Positions 1 through 9,140 of a stretch of 64,000 bases of DNA are shown here, piece after piece; the stretch's first letter is position 1, and each line of letters opens with the position of its first letter. Position numbers and translations under genes: made by a program. The stretch spans positions 64,001-128,000 of the forward strand of contig CAWDXG010000001.1 in the NCBI GenBank assembly GCA_963806225.1. The letters run 5' to 3'. The notes under the pieces are model-generated. The model searched no databases. It was given only the letters and a program-made list of their open reading frames with translations, and was not told the DNA's origin. This stretch comes from an uncultured delta proteobacterium. Its GTDB lineage: Bacteria > Myxococcota_A > Polyangia > Polyangiales > Polyangiaceae.

Positions 1-564
1 TCCGATGAGCGGCTGCGCCTGGCGCGTGCTCCCACGGCGAGACTTCCGGACGGAGTGCGAAGCCGACCCGGCGCCGACTTCGACGCGCTTCGCGTCCTGC
101 CCAAGCTGGCGATCGCCAGCGACATGTCGGACGCCGAGGTGCGCGACTTGGCGTCTTCTGGTCGGCTCTGGACCTTCGAGCGCGACAGCGTCGTGTTCCA
201 CGCCGGTCAGTCGCGCGGCTCCTTGTTTGTCGTCATCCGTGGTTCGATCGAACTGTGCGCGTTCGAGGGTGGCAGCGCGCGACGACTCGCCATCATCGGC
301 CCGGGCAAGGTGGCAGGAGAGCTCGGCGTGCTCACCTCGACGCCACAACGCATGAACGCCGTGGTGCGCGAAGGCGCCACGCTGCTGGAGCTCCCGTCCC
401 CGGCGCTCGCCGCGCTAGCCGACGCGCAGCGTCCGCTCTCGTACCGCTTCGCGCTAGCGATGGCGCGCTCGCTGATGGTGCAGCTGGAGCTTGCGACGCG
501 TGCGCTGGCGCGAGAGCAGCTTGGACTGAACGGAAATCGCGGAATGGGTGCACAATGTCGCTGA
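1..564 (+). CDS. Cyclic nucleotide-binding domain protein (5' partial)
   Basis: Frame is open from base 1. cNMP signature 'VVFHAG...LFVVIRGSI...GPGKVAGELGVLTSTPQRMNAV'. Confidence 0.85.
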   Translation, partial: SDERLRLARAPTARLPDGVRSRPGADFDALRVLPKLAIASDMSDAEVRDLASSGRLWTFERDSVVFHAGQSRGSLFVVIRGSIELCAFEGGSARRLAIIGPGKVAGELGVLTSTPQRMNAVVREGATLLELPSPALAALADAQRPLSYRFALAMARSLMVQLELATRALAREQLGLNGNRGMGAQCR

Positions 565-3395
565 GCGTCGAGTCGAACGGTCGCGAAGCAGCCACGTTCT
601 GGCAACGGCTCCAGGCGATCGCGGACCGACCCCAGGACAACGCGGAAGAGCGGGCCAAGCACCGATTGCTGCTGTTCGCCGGCACGCTGATGAGCGGCGG
701 CGGGATGTTGTGGGGTTCGATCTCGGCCTACGGCGGTCTCTGGGAGCAGTCGCTCGTGCCGTACGGCTACGTCGTGGTGACGGCGCTCAATTTCGTCGCT
801 CTCGCGCTGTGGAAGAACTTCCGGCTTGCGCGCCTGGTGCAGGTGGGAGCGAGCATCCTCCTGCCGTTCTTGTTCCAGTGGGTGCTGGGAGGGTTCGGGC
901 CGAGTGGCAGCATGATGCTCTGGGGCATGGTCGGGCTGATCGGTTCGCTGTCGTTCGAGGAGGTCGGCACGAGCTTCCGCTGGATCATCCTTTTCCTCGT
1001 GCTGGTGGTGGTCTCGGCTGTTCTCGAAGCCCGATCGGTGCTGGTCGTCCCCGCGGGACTCGGAGGGCACCAACTCTCGGTCATCTTCTTCGCGCTGAAC
1101 TTCACCGTCGTTCCCTCGGTTGTGTTCGGTCTGGCACTGTATTTCGCGCGCAGTCGCGAGGCCGCCATCCAGACCCTGGCCAAGACCAACGCCCAGCTCG
1201 CGGTATCCAAGCGCGAAGCCGAGGAAGCGTCAAAGCGCGCGGACGCCGCCAATGAAGCGAAGGGACGATTTCTCGCCGTCGTCAGTCACGAGATCCGCAC
1301 CCCGCTGCACGGCGTGCTCGGCCTGACCCATCTTGTGCTGGATACCGATCTGACGCCGCGCCAGCACGAGCTGCTCACGCAGGCGCTCGTTTCGGCGGAG
1401 AGCCTGCTTGCCGTCATCAACGACGTGCTCGACTTCTCGAAGATCGAGGCCGGGGCTGTCACCCTCGAGCGCATCCCCTTCCGCATCGACGAGGTGCTGG
1501 ACAAGTTGACGTCCGCCGCAACGGCCCTGGCAATGAAGCGGGGGATCGAGTTCGTTCTCCAGGTCGAGGGCGTTCCCCCGGTCCTTGTCGGGAATCCGAC
1601 GCGCCTCGGTCAGATATTGATCAACCTGGTTTCGAACGCCGTGAAGTTCACCGAGCAGGGCGAGGTCGTCGTCCACCTGCACGGGGAGCCGGACGGGGAC
1701 GGGCTCCGGCTCGAGGCGTCGGTGCGCGACACCGGGATCGGTATCCCGGAGGACATTCAAGCGGCGCTGTTCGAGCCGTTCGCGCAGGCCGACGACTCCA
1801 CGACGCGCCGCTTCGGCGGCACGGGTCTGGGGCTGTCCATCTGCCGGCACTTCGTGGAGCTCATGGGAGGCGAAATCTCCGTGGAGAGCGAGCCAGGCGA
1901 GGGCTCGACGTTCCGCTTCACGGCGCGTTTCGGATGCGGGGAGCAGGGCGAGCGCGCTATCCCCGACCAGCTCGACAAGGTGCGTGCCCTGATCGTGGAC
2001 GACAACGAATCCGCGCGCGACGTGCTGTCGGGCTACCTCCAGGGCTTCTCCATCGCCGCCGACGCGGTGGAAAGCGCCGAACAAGCTCTAGAGGCAGTGC
2101 GGGACGTCGAGTACGGGCTGGTGCTCACGGATCTGCGCATGCAGGGCATGGACGGCATCGAGCTCATCCGCCACCTGCGCCAGGCTCCGCGCACGGCCAA
2201 GGCGCGTCTGTTGCTGGTCACGGCGTTCGGCGGGCGCAAGGATCGCGACGACGCCGAGAAGGCGGGCGCCGACGGCTTCATCACCAAACCCGTGCGTCCC
2301 TCGCAGCTGCTCGACAGCCTGGTCGACCTGTACGCACCCGAGGGGCGCCCTGCAGTCCAGCCGCGCTCGCACAAGCCTCGGGATCCGGGTCTGCGCGGGG
2401 CCCGCGTGCTGGTGGTCGAGGACAACGACATCAACCGCGAGATCGTCGTCTCGGCACTCGGCGCGGTCGGCATCGCGTGCGAGACCGCCGTCGACGGCCA
2501 GGATGGCGTCGACGCCGTAACGGGAGCTGGGAGTCCGTTCGACGCGGTGCTCATGGACCTACAGATGCCGCGCATGGACGGTCTTGAAGCGACGCGTAGA
2601 ATCCGCAAGACCCACCCGGAGCTGCCCATCGTGGGAGTTACCGCGAATGCGCTCGCGGACGCGCGCGGACAATGTCTCGAAGCGGGCATGAACAACGTCG
2701 TCACCAAGCCGATCCACATGGGTCTGCTCTTCTCGGCGCTCCAGCGGCTGATCGGAGCGAAGAGCGGCGAGGCGGCGGACATTCCGGACACCCCGGATGC
2801 GCCCGACGCGAGCAACTTGCCGGCGATCGCGGGAATCGACACGAACGACGGGCTCGCCCGTTCGGGTGGCAACGTCAAACTGTACCGCGATCTTCTGCGA
2901 CGCTTCGCACAAGGCCAAGGCGGCGCGGCACGGACCATCTCGGCTGCGCTCGAGAAGGGCGACACCGAACAGGCGGATCGGGTGGTGCACACCCTCAAGG
3001 GGGTCGCCGGCAACATCGGTGCGCTCGAGGTGCACGAGCTCGCGCAACGCTTCCGTCACGTGCTCGAGCAAGGTGACGAGGCCCAGATGAAGGAGCTCCT
3101 CGACAAGCTCGACACGCAGCTCCGGACCATCGTGGAGGCGTTGCACAAGGCTACCGAGCCCAGCCCCGGTTCCGACTCCGGGACGAGCGAGGTGGATCTG
3201 GGGAAGCTTCGCACCCTCATCGCGGACTCGGACAGCGAGGCGACGGACTGGCTCGCTGCACGCCGGAGGGCGCTTGGGAAGACAGTTGGAGAAGCGAAGG
3301 TCGCAGAGCTTGCCAGCGCTCTCGACGCCTTCGATTTCGCACGCGCCCAGGAGATCATGAGTGAGGTTGGCAGCGAGCTCGAACGTGGAAGCTGA
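555..3395 (+). CDS. Membrane hybrid sensor histidine kinase (TM-HisKA-HATPase-REC-REC-Hpt)
   Basis: ATG at 555 overlaps the previous gene. Multiple TM helices, H-box 'SHEIRTPL', N-box '[10 protein letters not shown]', G boxes 'DTGIGI/GGTGLGL', two REC domains (DLRM, DLQMP), Hpt '[11 protein letters not shown]'. Confidence 0.95.
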   Translation: MSLSVESNGREAATFWQRLQAIADRPQDNAEERAKHRLLLFAGTLMSGGGMLWGSISAYGGLWEQSLVPYGYVVVTALNFVALALWKNFRLARLVQVGASILLPFLFQWVLGGFGPSGSMMLWGMVGLIGSLSFEEVGTSFRWIILFLVLVVVSAVLEARSVLVVPAGLGGHQLSVIFFALNFTVVPSVVFGLALYFARSREAAIQTLAKTNAQLAVSKREAEEASKRADAANEAKGRFLAVVSHEIRTPLHGVLGLTHLVLDTDLTPRQHELLTQALVSAESLLAVINDVLDFSKIEAGAVTLERIPFRIDEVLDKLTSAATALAMKRGIEFVLQVEGVPPVLVGNPTRLGQILINLVSNAVKFTEQGEVVVHLHGEPDGDGLRLEASVRDTGIGIPEDIQAALFEPFAQADDSTTRRFGGTGLGLSICRHFVELMGGEISVESEPGEGSTFRFTARFGCGEQGERAIPDQLDKVRALIVDDNESARDVLSGYLQGFSIAADAVESAEQALEAVRDVEYGLVLTDLRMQGMDGIELIRHLRQAPRTAKARLLLVTAFGGRKDRDDAEKAGADGFITKPVRPSQLLDSLVDLYAPEGRPAVQPRSHKPRDPGLRGARVLVVEDNDINREIVVSALGAVGIACETAVDGQDGVDAVTGAGSPFDAVLMDLQMPRMDGLEATRRIRKTHPELPIVGVTANALADARGQCLEAGMNNVVTKPIHMGLLFSALQRLIGAKSGEAADIPDTPDAPDASNLPAIAGIDTNDGLARSGGNVKLYRDLLRRFAQGQGGAARTISAALEKGDTEQADRVVHTLKGVAGNIGALEVHELAQRFRHVLEQGDEAQMKELLDKLDTQLRTIVEALHKATEPSPGSDSGTSEVDLGKLRTLIADSDSEATDWLAARRRALGKTVGEAKVAELASALDAFDFARAQEIMSEVGSELERGS

Positions 3396-4667
3396 GCAGA
3401 CCGTCCTCGTCATCGACGACACGCCGGACGTGATCCGGCTCGTCAGCGGCATCCTCAAGGAGCACTATCGCGTAAAGGTCGCGACGAGCGGCGAACGCGG
3501 CCTCGAGGTTGCCGCCTCCAGTCCGCCCGATCTTGTCCTGCTGGACGTCGTCATGCCCGAAGTGGACGGCTACGAGACGTGCCGGCGACTCAAGGCGCAA
3601 GCGGAGACGCGGGACATTCCGGTGATTTTCCTGACCGCGCGGCTGCAGGACGACGACGAGAGTCTGGGGCTGTCCATCGGCGCGGCCGACTACATCAAGA
3701 AGCCGATCACGCCCTCGATCCTGCTCGCGCGGGTGGGTACGCAGCTCCGACTCAAGCACGCCACCGATCTGCTTCGCGACCAGAACCGGCTACTCGAGGC
3801 GGCCGTGGCGGAGCGCACGCGCGAGCTTCGCGAAACCAACGAAGCCCTGGCGCGCTTCGTGCCCAACCAGTTCCTCGCCCAGCTCGGGCGTTCGAACATT
3901 CGCGACGTCGAGATTGGCCATCATGTCCACAGCGACATGACCGTGATGTTCTGCGATGTGCGCGGGTACACCACGCTCGCCGAGAGCATGACGCCGCGCG
4001 AGGCGTTCTCGTTCATCAACGAGCACCTGAACAGCGTCGGCCCCCTCATCCGCGAACACTACGGGCTGGTTGCCCAGTTCTACGGCGACGGCGTCATGGC
4101 GATCTTCCCGCGATCTCCCGCCGACGCGGTGCGCGCCGCCGTGACCATGCAGAAGACGGTCGACGATCGGAACGAACGTCGGATTGCCGAGGGACGCCCC
4201 CGATCCAGATCGGCATCGGGCTGAACGCGGGTCCCCTCACCATCGGGGTTATCGGCGACGGGGAGCGAGCCGACACCGGCGTCGTGGGCGACACCGTCAA
4301 CTCGGCGGCGCGGATGGAAGGGTTGACCAAGACCTACGGCGTGCGGATCGTCGCGGCGGGGCTGGTGCTCGAGGGGCTCGACGGCGAGTTCGAGAAGCGC
4401 TTCCTCGATCGGGTGCAAGTGAGGGGACGGCGCCAACGGGTGGCGGTCTACAACGTCTTCGAAGGCGACGAGGCGTCGCGGCGTGCGCTCAAGAACCAGA
4501 CCCTATCGACGTTCAATGCGGGACTCGAGCACTTCGAGGCAGAGCGCTACGTGGACGCGCTGAAGTGCTTCGGCGACGTGCTGGACGTCATGCCCGACGA
4601 TCGCGCCACGCAGATCTACCTGGAGCGCTGCGCGCGCTGTCTGCTCGACCCGGAGACGGCGTCGTGA
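3385..4667 (+). CDS. Response regulator-adenylate/guanylate cyclase (REC + class III cyclase), frameshifted near 4197-4201
   Basis: REC 'VLVIDD..LLDVVMP..KP'. Cyclase motifs 'VMFCDVRGYT' and 'FYGDGVMA' are in one frame, 'IGIGLNAG..VGDTVNSAARMEG' in the next. The shift falls in a C5 run. Confidence 0.85.
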
Positions 4668-5998
4668 AAGACCGCCACGACGGGCACACGTGGCTCGCCG
4701 GGCCGCTCGCCGAGCGGGCGTCGACTCCGCCCGCGGCGCGCGAGGAACTAGAGGAAGCGGCGACGCGCCGTCACGGTCGTGGAGCCGGGCGCACCACCCG
4801 GCCGTCCACTCGTCCCAGCGTCTTCGAGGCCGTGCGCGACGCACAGGAACATCGTTACGTGATCGAGAGCGAGCTCGCCGGTGGGGGCATGGGGGTGATC
4901 CATCGCGCGACCGATCGGTCCCTGGCGCGGACCGTCGCGCAGAAGCGGCTGGTGCCCGAGCTCGCGCACTCGGAAGACAACGCCCAGCTATTGGTGCGGG
5001 AAGCGCTGGTGACCGCGAAGCTCGACCATCCCAACGTAGTGCCGGTCCACGACATCGGAGTCGGCGACGACGGCCAGGTCTACTTCACGATGAAGCTGGT
5101 CGAGGGGCGGACACTGGCCGACTGGATCGCGAGTCGACCGGAAGGCGAATCGCCAGAATGGGAGGAGTTGCTCGACCAGATCAACGTCGTCATCAAGGTC
5201 TGCGACGCCTTGTCCTTCGCGCACGCTCGCGGAGTTCTGCATTGCGACATCAAACCGGCAAACATCATGGTGGGCGACTACGGCCAGGTCTACCTGATGA
5301 ACTGGGGGATCGCGCGGCTGCTCGACTCCGAGCGCGGGTCGACCGGAAGCAGCAAGACCATCGTCGGTACGCCGGCCTACATGCCGCCCGAACAGGCGGC
5401 GGGTGAAGCGCTGGACGAACGCTCGGACGTGTTCGCGCTGGGCGCGCTGCTCTATCACGTCGTCACGGGGCGTCCGCCGTATCGCGCTCTGGAGTACAAG
5501 TCGGTCCTTGTCCAGGCGGTGCTCTGCGACCCCGAGCCGGCCATTGAACGAGCCCCTTGGACCCCGCCGGCTCTCTCGCGCGTTATCATGAAGGCGCTCG
5601 CACGCGAGCCCGTCGATCGCTACGCGTCGGTTCCAGCGTTCCGTGCGGCCATCGTGCGCTTCGTGCGCGGCGGCGAGGCCTTCGAGCGTCTCGTGTTTCC
5701 ACCAGGCGAGACGATCGTCCGCGAGGGGGAAGAGGGAGACTTCGCGTTCATCCTCGAAGCGGGCCGCTGCGAGGTCAGCATCGACGGCCGGCGAGTCCGC
5801 GAGATGGGACCGGGCGAAGTGTTCGGAGAGATGGCCATCCTGCGTTCCGGACGGCGCACCGCCACCGTGCGCGCACTCGAGCGCACTACCGTTCGCCGCA
5901 TCGCCGGCTCGGCAGTTCGCGAAGAGCTCGACGGCATGAAGCCGTGGATGGGAGCGCTGCTCAGGGCGCTGGCCGCGCGCCTCGACGAACGCGGTTGA
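4664..5998 (+). CDS. Ser/Thr protein kinase with C-terminal cNMP-binding domain
   Basis: GTGA overlap with the previous stop. Motifs 'GGGMGVI', 'HCDIKPAN', 'GTPAYMPPEQ', 'SDVFALG'. C-terminal 'GEVFGEMAIL..RRTATVRA'. Confidence 0.9.
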   Translation: MKDRHDGHTWLAGPLAERASTPPAAREELEEAATRRHGRGAGRTTRPSTRPSVFEAVRDAQEHRYVIESELAGGGMGVIHRATDRSLARTVAQKRLVPELAHSEDNAQLLVREALVTAKLDHPNVVPVHDIGVGDDGQVYFTMKLVEGRTLADWIASRPEGESPEWEELLDQINVVIKVCDALSFAHARGVLHCDIKPANIMVGDYGQVYLMNWGIARLLDSERGSTGSSKTIVGTPAYMPPEQAAGEALDERSDVFALGALLYHVVTGRPPYRALEYKSVLVQAVLCDPEPAIERAPWTPPALSRVIMKALAREPVDRYASVPAFRAAIVRFVRGGEAFERLVFPPGETIVREGEEGDFAFILEAGRCEVSIDGRRVREMGPGEVFGEMAILRSGRRTATVRALERTTVRRIAGSAVREELDGMKPWMGALLRALAARLDERG

Positions 5999-6125
5999 CG
6001 CGCAATTGCGGCGTGCCTGGGCGCTGCAGGAGGGAGGGTGCTCGAACGTCCGCTGCCGCCGAGGGTGCGGGCGTCCGGCGCGCCGCGGCTGACAACGCGG
6101 GCCGGCCTGGCCTACCCTTCGCCCC

Positions 6126-6596
6126 GTGAATGCTCCGGGCAACCCGAAGGGCGCATCGGCTCCCGGGCGCTGGCAGCCCGGCGCGCCGCGCCGACGCTTC
6201 GCGCGGGGCAGGATCAGGCCGCGGGGCGTGGTGTGGTTCGGGGCCCGCTCGTTCTGGGGCCACATGCGCCACTTCATCGCGAGCGCCATCGCGACGGAGG
6301 ATGTCGACTCCCGCGACTGGATGAGCGCCAATCCCCCGGCACAGCTGTGCGCGCGCGTCGTCGAGCAATTGGGCGGCACGACGGGCGCCCGCAGCGTGAC
6401 CGAAGGGCTGGGGAGCGAGCTGTGGCTCGACTACGTCGCCGACACCGGCGACGACGTGTCGGTCAGCCGCGCCGTGGCCGGACTGGTGTTCCGCGACTAC
6501 CAGCTGCCGGACCCCGCACAGCCTGGAGCGGAGCTGCATGCGCCGCGCGGCGATGTCCTGCTCTTCGGCGGCGACACGGCCTACCCCGTCGCTACC
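6126..6596 (+). pseudogene. 5' fragment of a metallophosphoesterase-like protein, truncated by an IS remnant
   Basis: 'LWLDYVADTGDD' and 'LLFGGDTAYP' resemble the first calcineurin-like motifs. The frame then runs into the repeat at 6639. Confidence 0.6.
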
Positions 6597-6638
6597 TGTC
6601 GTGGCTACTTCTCGCGTCCGCTCTCGTCATCACGGCCG

Positions 6639-6872
6639 CAGGCATCCGCCGCTACCTCCGCTGGCTCGGCGAGGCCAGCGGGCCGCCCGCGCTCGCGCCC
6701 GCGAGGGGGCCGCCGTTCTTCCAGAGCGTTGCCCTCCGTCGCAAGCTCGGTGAGCCCGTGCAGGCGGAACTGTTCGACGCGCACTGAACGCGCCGTCGCC
6801 GGCGCACCGGTGCGCCTCGAGCGCGCTACCCGCTCTGGCGTCGCGGGCAGGACGCTCATGTTACCTACGCGC
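6639..6872 (+). mobile_element. IS91/ISCR-like transposase 3' remnant plus element end (copy 1)
   Basis: Encodes 'GIRRYLRWLGE..PPALAPARGPP'. Near-identical to 12201-12533 except for a deletion of about 100 bp. Confidence 0.7.
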
Positions 6873-7108
6873 TGTTGATGGCAGCGTGATGCGAGCGGAC
6901 ATCGACGGAACGAGCCCGCTCGTGCTCGCGACCAAGCAGAGCGACCCCAACGGGATCGCCACGGACGGCAGCGGGCTTGTCCAGAGAGGAAGAGCGTACC
7001 GCGCTTCGCGGCGCGAACGGTTCGTGCCGCGGTCTGGGGTACGCGCGCGAGCGATTTCATCCACTTGCGAGGCGCGCCCCGCGGCATGCTCGTTGCTCGG
7101 CTGAAAGT

Positions 7109-7783
7109 ATGCGCGCCTGGTCCTTCATGTTCGGGGGCATCGCCGCACTCGCGCCAGCCACGGCGGTCGCGAGCCCAAGCGTACCCGACGCGAGCGCCGC
7201 GCCATGGAGTGACGCACGACACGCTCCAACCGGCACGCACGCGGAGCGCCGCGGCGTGGCACCCGCTGACATCTCGGGCAGCTACTTCATGGGCGCCTTC
7301 AACGGCGGCATCAACTTCGGCGCCGCAGCGCTGGTCCGGGTGCATGCGGTGGGCATGGGCGTCGAAGGGACGGCAGGCGGCGCGCTGTTCGACTACGGCT
7401 ACGCCATGTTGGCGGGGGACACAGGGTTCTCGTGGGTTACAGAAAGCGGATTCCGGCTCGACGTGCTCGGCGCGCTGGGCGCCAACCACTATTCGGGCGC
7501 CGGACGAGGGTTCATGTCGAGCGATCCTGGCGCCAGCGCTACGCTACCGTCCGCCGGCGCGCGGGTCATCGCGGGCTACATGTTCTTGAAGGGAACGGCG
7601 CACCTCGAGCTCGCAGCGCGCGGATTCTTCGACGACGACCTGACGCGCCGAACCGTGAGCTACGACTACACCGAAACAGGAGGATGGTTTGGCGCTCCGC
7701 CCTACGCGGCAAGCGTCACGCACCGCGTGGGGACCTGGCGCGCCGGAGCCGCGCTCGACTTGATCTGCACGTGGGATCTGTAG
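7109..7783 (+). CDS. Secreted or outer-membrane beta-strand-rich hypothetical protein
   Basis: Signal-like N-terminus, alternating hydrophobic strands, aromatic residue near the C-terminus (WDL). Confidence 0.6.
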   Translation: MRAWSFMFGGIAALAPATAVASPSVPDASAAPWSDARHAPTGTHAERRGVAPADISGSYFMGAFNGGINFGAAALVRVHAVGMGVEGTAGGALFDYGYAMLAGDTGFSWVTESGFRLDVLGALGANHYSGAGRGFMSSDPGASATLPSAGARVIAGYMFLKGTAHLELAARGFFDDDLTRRTVSYDYTETGGWFGAPPYAASVTHRVGTWRAGAALDLICTWDL

Positions 7784-7876
7784 GGCGCCTCTATGCGGTT
7801 CTTGCCGCCTTTGTGGCGGCGCGCGAGCTCCACGTTGTCGAGTTGAAGTCACCAGACAAACGCGAGATGGTGGACT

Positions 7877-8275
7877 CTACGTGGACCAGTTCGCGAGCTC
7901 GAGGCCGGAGACGCGCTTGAATTCGCGTTCGTTGTTCGAGACGAGAACCAGCTTCCGTGACACAGCCTGGGCGGCGATGAGCGTGTCAAGCGGCCCGATG
8001 GGCTTGCCGGCGCGTTCGAGCCGCGCGCGGATGCGTGCGCAGCTCACGGCGTCGTCGGACGTGAAGTCGACGATCGCGATGGGGCGAAGAAAATTCTCCA
8101 GCGCACGCAAGGTGCGGGTCGGTGACGAGCTCTTCGCAGCGCCGGTCCTGAGCTCGGCTTCCGAGATGGCGCTGACGGCGACGTCGGTCGGCGCCTTGTC
8201 GAGCAGATGGCCGAGCACGACCGGCTTCTGCTTCAGAGCGGAGATGCAGGTGTCCGTGTCCAACAGGAACTTCAT
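7877..8275 (-). CDS. vapC: VapC PIN-domain toxin
   Basis: 'MKFLLDTDTCI..SEAEL..G.PIGPLDTLIAAQA..LVSNNEREF.RV.GL..NW'. ATGA overlap with the antitoxin stop. Confidence 0.93.
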   Translation of the reverse strand: MKFLLDTDTCISALKQKPVVLGHLLDKAPTDVAVSAISEAELRTGAAKSSSPTRTLRALENFLRPIAIVDFTSDDAVSCARIRARLERAGKPIGPLDTLIAAQAVSRKLVLVSNNEREFKRVSGLELANWST

Positions 8276-8511
8276 CGGAGCTTCGCCCGCTTGTCGACCC
8301 GCCCCTGCGGCGGACGCGCGAAGTCGTCGGCCACGTCGGTGAACGACTCGACGTAGCCCTCGGGCCAGCATCCACTCGGCTCGAGGATCACCGCGTAGCC
8401 CTCGCGGTGCACGAGCACAGTGCTGCCGTCGAACCGGAACTCCTTCGGCAGTCGCACCGCCTGGCTCCGGCCGGTCCAGAACAGCTTCGCCTCGGTCTTC
8501 TTGGTCGCCAT
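8272..8511 (-). CDS. vapB: VapB/VagC AbrB-type antitoxin
   Basis: 'AKLFWTGRSQAVRLPKEFRF' signature, directly upstream of vapC. Confidence 0.92.
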   Translation of the reverse strand: MATKKTEAKLFWTGRSQAVRLPKEFRFDGSTVLVHREGYAVILEPSGCWPEGYVESFTDVADDFARPPQGRVDKRAKLR

Positions 8512-9140
8512 GATATCTACCACTAGTATGTATCATAAGCGAGCGGCGTCAACGCGGATGGCGGGCCGCGGGCGGCTTGTCCTTCTTGCCGTGCACGTCG
8601 CGCACCCGTGCTCGCCGTCAAGGCCGGGAAGGCCAAACCAACGTGCATCCGCAGGAGCAACGTGGCGGCGGCAGGCGGTGGAGCCGGGCGGCGATTGACA
8701 GGTCGGGGAGGCCGAGGCAAGCCGGGGTTTGGGTCTAACTGCCGGAAATGGTTGAAATAATTTCCGTTGTGCGCCGTCGGCCGCGGGCCTTGGCGGGGCT
8801 ACGTTCTCGCTCCGCCGCGAAGACCCCGCCCGCCGCTGCCTTTGGGAGCGAGTGGGGGAGCGGAATACGCCTGCGACGTGCTGGATTCGGCTCACTCCGA
8901 ACCGGATTGGATGGAGGCATAGGTAATCGAGACGCTGAAGACCGTGCACAGCACCATCTCCGTAGGTAGTCCGGAACGACGTTGCGGATCGGGCGAGAAA
9001 CGCCGTGATCAATCGCGCCGTCTGCGTGACAATGCGCGGGCTGGACGAACTACGCGGGAAAGGCATCCTTGTGCCCGCGGTTCCTGGGGCAAGGAGGAGG
9101 AGTGATGAGCACGTGGGACTGCCGGCATTCTGGAGGCTCT

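Noticed and set aside
4197..4201. Programmed frameshift or phase variation in the cyclase gene
   Set aside because: A C5 run is short and no slippery heptamer is evident. Similar indels elsewhere point to sequence error.
8540..9130. Intergenic stretch with an AT-richer patch and hairpins as an ncRNA or IS end
   Set aside because: I recognise no family and found no second copy in the window, so I cannot support a call.
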